Shown here in pieces: positions 56,201 through 64,000 of a stretch of 64,000 bases of DNA. The position numbers and the translations under genes were made by a program. Below the pieces are notes generated by a model, which was not told the origin of the DNA, did not search any database, and was given only the letters and a program-made list of their open reading frames with translations. The DNA comes from the human T2T-CHM13v2.0 reference genome, Homo sapiens. The stretch's first letter is position 1. Each line of letters starts with the position of its first letter. The stretch lies in NCBI RefSeq assembly GCF_009914755.1, contig NC_060939.1; one strand, 5' to 3'.

Positions 56201-59200
56201 TTCGTTCCATTTCATAGCATTCCATTCTATTCAACTCTATTGCCTTCCATTCCATTCCATTCGATTACATTCCATGCGATTCCATTCGAAATCGAATCAA
56301 TTACATTGCAATCCATTACTATTGAGTCCATTTTATTCCAGTCCACTGCATTCTGGTCCATTCCATTTGATTCCATTCCATTCTATTCCATTCCATACAG
56401 TTGCATTCCATTGGATTCCATTCTATATCTATAAATTCAATTCGAGACCATTGCTTTTGAGTCCATTCTATATGATTCCATTCCATTCAAGTCCATTACA
56501 TTTGGTTCAATTCCATTCCATTCCATTCCCTTCCATTCCATTCCAGTTGATATCAATCCATTCGATTCCATTCCATTCGAGCACATTCCATTCGAGTCCA
56601 TTCCATTCGATGCCATTCCATTTGATTCTATTCCATTAGTCTCCATTCAATTCCATTAATCTCCATTCCATTCCATTCTACTCCAACTGATTCCATTCCA
56701 TTCTATTCCTTTCCATTCCATTTCATTCCATTCCATTCCATTTCATTCCATTCCATTCCATTCGCTTCCATTCCATTCGTGTCCATTCCACTCCAGTCCA
56801 TTCCATTCGTGTCCATTCCATTCCAGTCCATTCCATTTGTGTCCACTGCATTCCATTCCACTCCATTCCATATTATTCCATTACACTCCATTCCATTCTA
56901 TTACTTTCATTTCCATTCAATTCCATTCCATTTGATTCCATTCCACTCGGTTTCATTCCATTTGAGTCCACTCCATTCCATTCCATTCCATTCCATTCAG
57001 TTCCATTCCATTCTGTTCCATTCCATTCCGTTCCATTGCATTCCATTCCATTCGGTACCATTCCATATTGTTCCATTCGATTCCATTCGAATCCATTCCA
57101 TTCCAGTCCATTCCATTCGATTCCATTCCATTCCTTTCAATTCCATTCCATTCCATTCCATTCCACTTGATTCCACTCCATTCCCTTCCACTGCATTCCA
57201 TTCGATTCCATTCCATTGCATTGCATTCCATTCCATTGGACTGCATTCCATTCGATTCCATTCCATTCGAATCAATTACATAGCAATCCATTACATTCGA
57301 GTCTATTCTATTCCGTTCCATTCGATTTCGTTCCAATCCATTCGATTCCATTCCATTCGATTCCATTCCATACTATTGCATTCCATTCTATTACATTATA
57401 TTCGAATAAGTTCCATTCAAGACCATTTCTTTTGAGTCCATTCTATTTGAGTCCATTCCCTTTGATTCCATAACATTTGAGTCCATTCAATTCCATTCCT
57501 TTCGTTTGCATTCCATTTGATGCCATTCCATTCAATTCTGTTCTACTCGACTCCAATACATTCAATTCCATTCCATCCGATTCCATTACATTCTTTTCAT
57601 TTCTTATCCATTTCAAGCCATTCCACTCCATTCCATTCCACTCGTTTCCTTTCCATTCGAGTCCATTCCTCTCCAGTCCATTCCGTTCAATCCATTCCAT
57701 TCCAGTCCATTCCATTCGAGTCCGTTCCATTCCAGCCCATTCCATTCGAGTCAATTCCATTCCATTCGATGTCTTTCCATAACGATCCATTCCATTCTAT
57801 TCCTTTCGATTCCATTCCATTCTATTTCATTCCATTCGATTCCCTTCCATTGGACTCCTTTCCATTCGAGTGCATTCCATTCCGTTCCATTTCTTTCCGT
57901 TCTGTACGATTCCTACCGTTCGATTTCATTTTGTTCCAGTCCATTCCTTTCGCGTCCATTCCATTCCATTTCACTCCATTCGATTCCATTCCACTCGATT
58001 CCACTTCGTTCCATTTCATTAAATTCCATTCTATTCAACTCTATTGCCTTCCATTCCATTCCATTCGATTACATTCCATGCGATTCCATTCGAAATCGAA
58101 TCAATTACATTGCAATCCATTACTATTGAGTCCGTTTTATTCCAGTCCACTGCATTCTGGTCCATTCCATTTGATTCCATTCCATTTTATTCCATTCCAT
58201 ACAGTTGCAGTCCATTGGATTCCATGCTATATCTATAAATTCAATTCGAGACCATTGCCTTTGAGTCCATTCTATATGATTCCATTCCATTCAAGTCCAT
58301 TAGATTTGGTTCAATTCCATTCCATTCCATTCCCTTCCATTCCATTCCAGTTGATATCAATCCATTCGATTCCATTCCATTCGAGCACATTCCATTCGAG
58401 TCCATTCCATTCGATGCCATTCCATTTGATTCTATTCCATTAGTCTCCATTCAATTCCATTAATCTCCATTCCATTCCATTCTACTCCAACTGATTCCAT
58501 TCCATTCTATTCCTTTCCATTCCATTTCATTCCATTCCATTCCATTTCATTCCATTCCATTCCATTCGTGTCCATTCCACTCCAGTCCATTCCATTCGTG
58601 TCCATTCCATTCCAGTCCATTCCATTTGTGTCCACTGCATTCCATTCCACTCCATTCCATATTATTCCATTACACTCCATTCCATTCTATTACTTTCATT
58701 TCCATTCAATTCCATTCCATTTGATTCCATTCCACTCGGTTTCATTCCATTTGAGTCCACTCCATTCCATTCCATTCCATTCCATTCAGTTCCATTCCAT
58801 TCTGTTCCATTCCATTCCGTTCCATTACATTCCATTCCATTCGGTACCATTCCATATTGTTCCATTCGATTCCATTCGAATCCATTCCATTCCAGTCCAT
58901 TCCATTCGATTCCATTCCATTCATTTCAATTCCATTCCATTCCATTCCATTCCACTTGATTCCACTCCATTCCCTTCCACTGCATTCCATTCGATTCCAT
59001 TCCATTGCATTGCATTCCATTCCATTGGACTGCATTCCATTTGATTCCATTCCATTCGAATCAATTACATAGCAATCCATTACATTCGAGTCTATTCTAT
59101 TCCGTTCCATTCGATTTCATTCCAATCCATTCGATTCCATTCCATTCGATTCCATTCCATACTATTGCATTCCATTCTATTACATTATATTCGAATAAGT

Positions 59201-62200
59201 TCCATTCAAGACCATTTCTTTTGAGTCCATTCTATTTGAGTCCATTCCCTTTGATTCCATAACATTTGAGTCCATTCAATTCCATTCCTTTCGTTTCCAT
59301 TCCATTTGATGCCATTCCATTCAATTCTGTTCTACTCGACTCCAATACATTCAATTCCATTCCATCCGATTCCATTACATTCTTTTCATTTCTTATCCAT
59401 TTCAAGCCATTCCACTCCATTCCATTCCACTCGTTTCCTTTCCATTCGAGTCCATTCCTCTCCAGTCCATTCCGTTCAATCCATTCCATTCCAGTCCATT
59501 CCATTCGAGTCCGTTCCATTCCAGTCCATTCCATTCGAGTCAATTCCATTCCATTCGATGTCTTTCCATAACGATCCATTCCATTCTATTCCTTTCGATT
59601 CCATTCCATTCTATTTCATTCCATTCGATTCCCTTCCATTGGACTCCTTTCCATTCGAGTGCATTCCATTCCGTTCCATTTCTTTCCGTTCTGTACGATT
59701 CCTACCGTTCGATTTCATTTTGTTCCAGTCCATTCCTTTCGCGTCCATTCCATTCCATTTCACTCCATTCGATTCCATTCCACTCGATTCCACTTCGTTC
59801 CATTTCATTGCATTCCATTCTATTCAACTCTATTGCCTTCCATTCCATTCCATTCGATTACATTCCATGCGATTCCATTCGAAATCGAATCAATTACATT
59901 GCAATCCATTACTATTGAGTCCGTTTTATTCCAGTCCACTGCATTCTGGTCCATTCCATTTGATTCCATTCCATTCTATTCCATTCCATACAGTTGCATT
60001 CCATTGGATTCCATGCTATATCTATAAATTCAATTCGAGACCATTGCTTTTGAGTCCATTCTATATGATTCCATTCCATTCAAGTCCATTACATTTGGTT
60101 CAATTCCATTCCATTCCATTCCCTTCCATTCCATTCCAGTTGATATCAATCCTTTCGATTCCATTCCATTCGAGCACATTCCATTCGAGTCCATTCCATT
60201 CGATGCCATTCCATTTGATTCTATTCCATTAGTCTCCATTCAATTCCATTAATCTCCATTCCATTCCATTCTACTCCAACTGATTCCATTCCATTCTATT
60301 CCTTTCCATTCCATTTCATTCCATTCCATTCCATTTCATTCCATTCCATTCCATTCGTGTCCATTCCACTCCAGTCCATTCCATTCGTGTCCATTCCATT
60401 CCAGTCCATTCCATTTGTGTGCACTGCATTCCATTCCACTCCATTCCATATTATTCCATTACACTCCATTCCATTCTATTACTTTCATTTCCATTCAATT
60501 CCATTCCATTTGATTCCATTCCACTCGGTTTCATTCCATTTGAGTCCACTCCATTCCATTCCATTCCATTCCATTCAGTTCCATTCCATTCTGTTCCATT
60601 CCATTCCGTTCCATTACATTCCATTCCATTCGGTACCATTCCATATTGTTCCTTTCGATTCCATTCGATTCCATTCCATTCATTTCAATTCCATTCCATT
60701 CCATTCCATTACATTCCACTTGATTCCTCTCCATTCCCTTCCACTGCATTCCGTTCGATTCCATTCCATTGCATTGCATTCCATTCCATTGGATTGCATT
60801 CTATTCGATTCCATTCCATTCGAATCAATTACATAGCAATCCATTACATTCGAGTCTATTCTATTCCGTTCCATTCGATTTCGTTCCAATCCATTCGATT
60901 CCATTCCATTCGATTCCATTCCATACTATTGCATTCCATTCGATTACATTATATTCGAATAAGTTCCATTCAAGACCATTCCTTTTGAGTCCATTCTATT
61001 TGAGTCCATTCCCTTTGATTCCATAACATTTGAGTCCATTCAATTCCATTCCTTTCGTTTCCATTCCATTTGATGCCATTCCATTCAATTCTGTTCTACT
61101 CGACTCCAATACATTCAATTCCATTCCCTCCGATTCCATTACATTCTTTTCATTTCTTATCCATTTCAAGCCATTCCACTCCATTCCATTCCACTCGTTT
61201 CCTTTCCAGTCGAGTCCATTCCTCTCCAGTCCATTCCGTTCAATCCATTCCATTCCAGTCCATTCCATTCGAGTCCATTCCATTCCAGTCCATTCCATTC
61301 GAGTCAATTCCATCCCATTCGATGTCTTCCCATAACGATCCATTACATTCTATTCCTTTCGATTCCATTCCATTCTATTTCATTCCATTCGATTCCCTTC
61401 CATTGGACTCCTTTCCATTCGAGTGCATTCCATTCCGTTCCATTACTTTCCGTTCAGTACGATTCCTACCGTTCGATTTCATTTTCTTCCAGTCCATTCC
61501 TTTCGCGTCCATTCCATTCCATTTCACTCCATTCGATTCCATTCCACTCGATTCCACTTCGTTCCATTTCATTGCATTCCATTCTATTCAACTCTATTGC
61601 CTTCCATTCCATTCCATTCGATTACATTCCATGCGATTCCATTCGAAATCGAATCAATTACATTGCAATCCATTACTATTGAGTCCGTTTTATTCCAGTC
61701 CACTGCATTCTGGTCCATTCCATTTGATTCCATTCCATTCTATTCCATTCTATACAGTTGCATTCCATTGGATTCCATTCTATATCTATAAATTCAATTC
61801 GAGACCATTGATTTTGAGTCCATTCTATATGATTCCATTCCATTCAAGTCCATTACGTTTGGTTCAATTCCATTCCATTATATTCCCTTCCATTCCATTC
61901 CAGTTGATATCAATCCATTCGATTCAATTCCATTCGAGCGCATTCCATTTGAGTCCATTCCATTCGATGCCATTCCATTTGATTCTATTCCATTAGTCTC
62001 CATTCAATTCCATTAATCTCCATTCCATTCCATTCTACTCCTACTGATTCCACTCCATTCTATTCCTTTCCATTCCATTTCATTCCATTCCATTCCATTT
62101 CATTCCATTCCATTCCATTCGTGTCCATTCCACTCCAGTCCATTCCATTCGTGTCCATTCCATTCCAGTCCATTCCATTTGTGTCCACTGCATTCCATTC

Positions 62201-64000
62201 CACTCCATTCCATATTATTCCATTACACTCCATTCAATTCTATTACTTTCATTTCCATTCAATTCCATTCCATTTCATTCCATTCCACTCGGTTTCATTC
62301 CATTTGAGTCCACTCCATTCCATTCCATTCCATTCCATTCAGTTCCATTCCATTCTGTTCCATTCCATTCCGTTCCATTACATTCCATTCCATTCGGTAC
62401 CATTCCATATTGTTCCATTCGATTCCATTCGAATCCATTCCATTCCAGTCCATTCCATTCGATTCCATTCCATTCATTTCAATTCCATTCCATTCCATTC
62501 CATTCCATTCCACTTGATTCCTCTCCATTCCCTTCCACTGCATTCCGTTCGATTCCATTCCATTGCATTGCATTCCATTCCATTGGATTGCATTCCATTC
62601 GATTCCATTCCATTCGAATCAATTACATAGCAATCCATTACATTCGAGTCTATTCTATTCCGTTCCATTCGATTTCGTTCCAATCCAATCGATTCCATTC
62701 CATTCGATTCCATTCCATACTATTGCATTCCATTCGATTACATTATATTCGAATAAGTTCCATTCAAGACCATTTCTTTTGAGTCCATTCTATTTGAGTC
62801 CATTCCCTTTGATTCCATAACATTTGAGTCCATTCAATTGCATTCCTTTCGTTTCCATTCCATTTGATGCCATTCCATTCAATTCTGTTCTACTCGACTC
62901 CAATACATTCAATTCCATTCCATCCGATTCCATTACATTCTTTTCATTTCTTATCCATTTCAAGCCATTCCACTCCATTCCATTCCACTCGTTTCCTTTC
63001 CAGTCGAGTCCATTCCTCTCCAGTCCATTCCGTTCAATCCATTCCATTCCAGTCCATTCCATTCGAGTCCATTCCATTCCAGTCCATTCCAATCGAGTCA
63101 ATTCCATCCCATTCGATGTCTTCCCATAACGATCCATTCCATTCTATTCCTTTCGATTCCATTCCATTCTATTTCATTCCATTCGATTCCCTTCCATTGG
63201 ACTCCTTTCCATTCGAATGCATTCCATTCCGTTCCATTTCTTTCCTTTCTGTACGATTCCTACCGTTCGATTTCATTTTGTTCCAGTCCATTCCTTTCGC
63301 GTCCATTCCATTCCATTTCACTCCATTCCATTCCATTCCACTCGATTCCACTTCGTTCCATTTCATTGCATTCCATTCTATTCAACTCTATTGCCTTCCA
63401 TTCCATTCCATTCGATTACATTCCATGCGATTCCATTCGAAATCGAATCAATTACATTGCAATCCATTACTATTGAGTCCATTTTATTCCAGTCCACTGC
63501 ATTCTGGTCCATTCCATTTGATTCCATTCCATTCTATTCCATTCCATACAGTTGCATTCCATTGGATTCCATTCTATATCTATAAATTCAATTCGAGACC
63601 ATTGCTTTTGAGTCCATTCTATATGATTCCATTCCATTCAAGTCCATTACATTTGGTTCAATTCCATTCCATTCCATTCCCTTCCATTCCATTCCAGTTG
63701 ATATCAATCCATTCGATTCCATTCCATTCGAGCACATTCCATTCGAGTCCATTCCATTTGATGCCATTCCATTTGATTCTATTCCATTAGTCTCCATTCA
63801 ATTCCATTAATCTCCATTCCATTCCATTCTACTCCAACTGATTGCGTTCCATTCTATTCCTTTCCATTCCATTTCATTCCATTCCATTCCATTTCATTCC
63901 ATTCCATTCCATTCGCTTCCATTCCATTCGTGTCCATTCCACTCCAGTCCATTCCATTCGTGTCCATTCCATTCCAGTCCATTCCATTTGTGTCCACTGC

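Larger units (their letters stand above)
242..62823 (+). repeat. 35 complete tandem ~1.79-kb monomers; probable 1.8-kb KpnI family (D15Z1-like, chr15p satellite III)
   Basis: The same landmark recurs at 242, 2040, 3844, 5618, 7422, 9216, 11025, 12819, 14638, 16432, 18221, 20010, 21804, 23558, 25352, 27111, 28890, 30709, 32468, 34247, 36066, 37845, 39629, 41413, 43217, 44966, 46800, 48572, 50341, 52130, 53919, 55673, 57477, 59266, 61030, 62824. One GGTACC per unit (e.g. 1613, 3421, 5190, 6999, 10602) and one GATATC (e.g. 1118). The periodicity is seen directly; the D15Z1/chr15 identity is inferred from the known 1.8-kb KpnI periodicity of that family. Confidence 0.8.
1..64000 (+). repeat. Human satellite III (HSat3) array, diverged (CATTC)n/(GAATG)n, C-rich strand on +, one orientation throughout
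   Basis: CATTC pentamer and single-base variants (CATTG, GATTC, GAGTC, CACTC) fill every line, with long pure CCATT runs and a strongly G-poor + strand. No non-satellite interruption or strand switch seen. Dominance of simple CATTC runs favours HSat3 over HSat2. Confidence 0.97.

Noticed and set aside
1-64000. CRISPR-like repeat-spacer array
   Set aside because: No unique spacers and no cas genes; the entire unit is repeated.
1-64000. Inversions or embedded Alu/L1/other insertions
   Set aside because: No GGAAT-strand blocks on the + strand, no poly-A tails, and no unit exceeds 1834 bp, leaving no room for an insertion.

Overview
The whole 64 kb is one uninterrupted, single-orientation array of human-type classical satellite III (HSat3): diverged (CATTC)n pentamers on the + strand, (GAATG)n on the - strand. 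The pentamers are organised into about 35.8 tandem copies of a ~1.79 kb monomer. There are 35 complete units between 242 and 62823, 1749-1834 bp long, mean ~1788 bp, measured from the recurring landmark in the ORF track. Each monomer normally carries one KpnI site (GGTACC) and one EcoRV site (GATATC). This fits the classical 1.8-kb KpnI satellite III family D15Z1 of chromosome 15p; the chromosome assignment is an inference. I see no genes, RNA genes, transposons or CRISPR arrays, and all listed ORFs (HSIPF/MEWNG-type peptides) are translation artefacts of the stop-poor pentamer. I found no new gene-based system. The readable biology is the layered history of the array: (i) an ancient 829-bp-offset duplication inside the monomer; (ii) unit lengths locked at 4 mod 5; (iii) a strict A/B 3.6-kb dimer over the first ~18 kb; (iv) a recent 5357-bp trimer duplication plus a nested 3598-bp duplication with breakpoints inside chimeric units; (v) dispersed deletion lineages and long-range paralogous blocks. 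Units are numbered U1 (242) to U36 (62824). All variant calls were made by eye.
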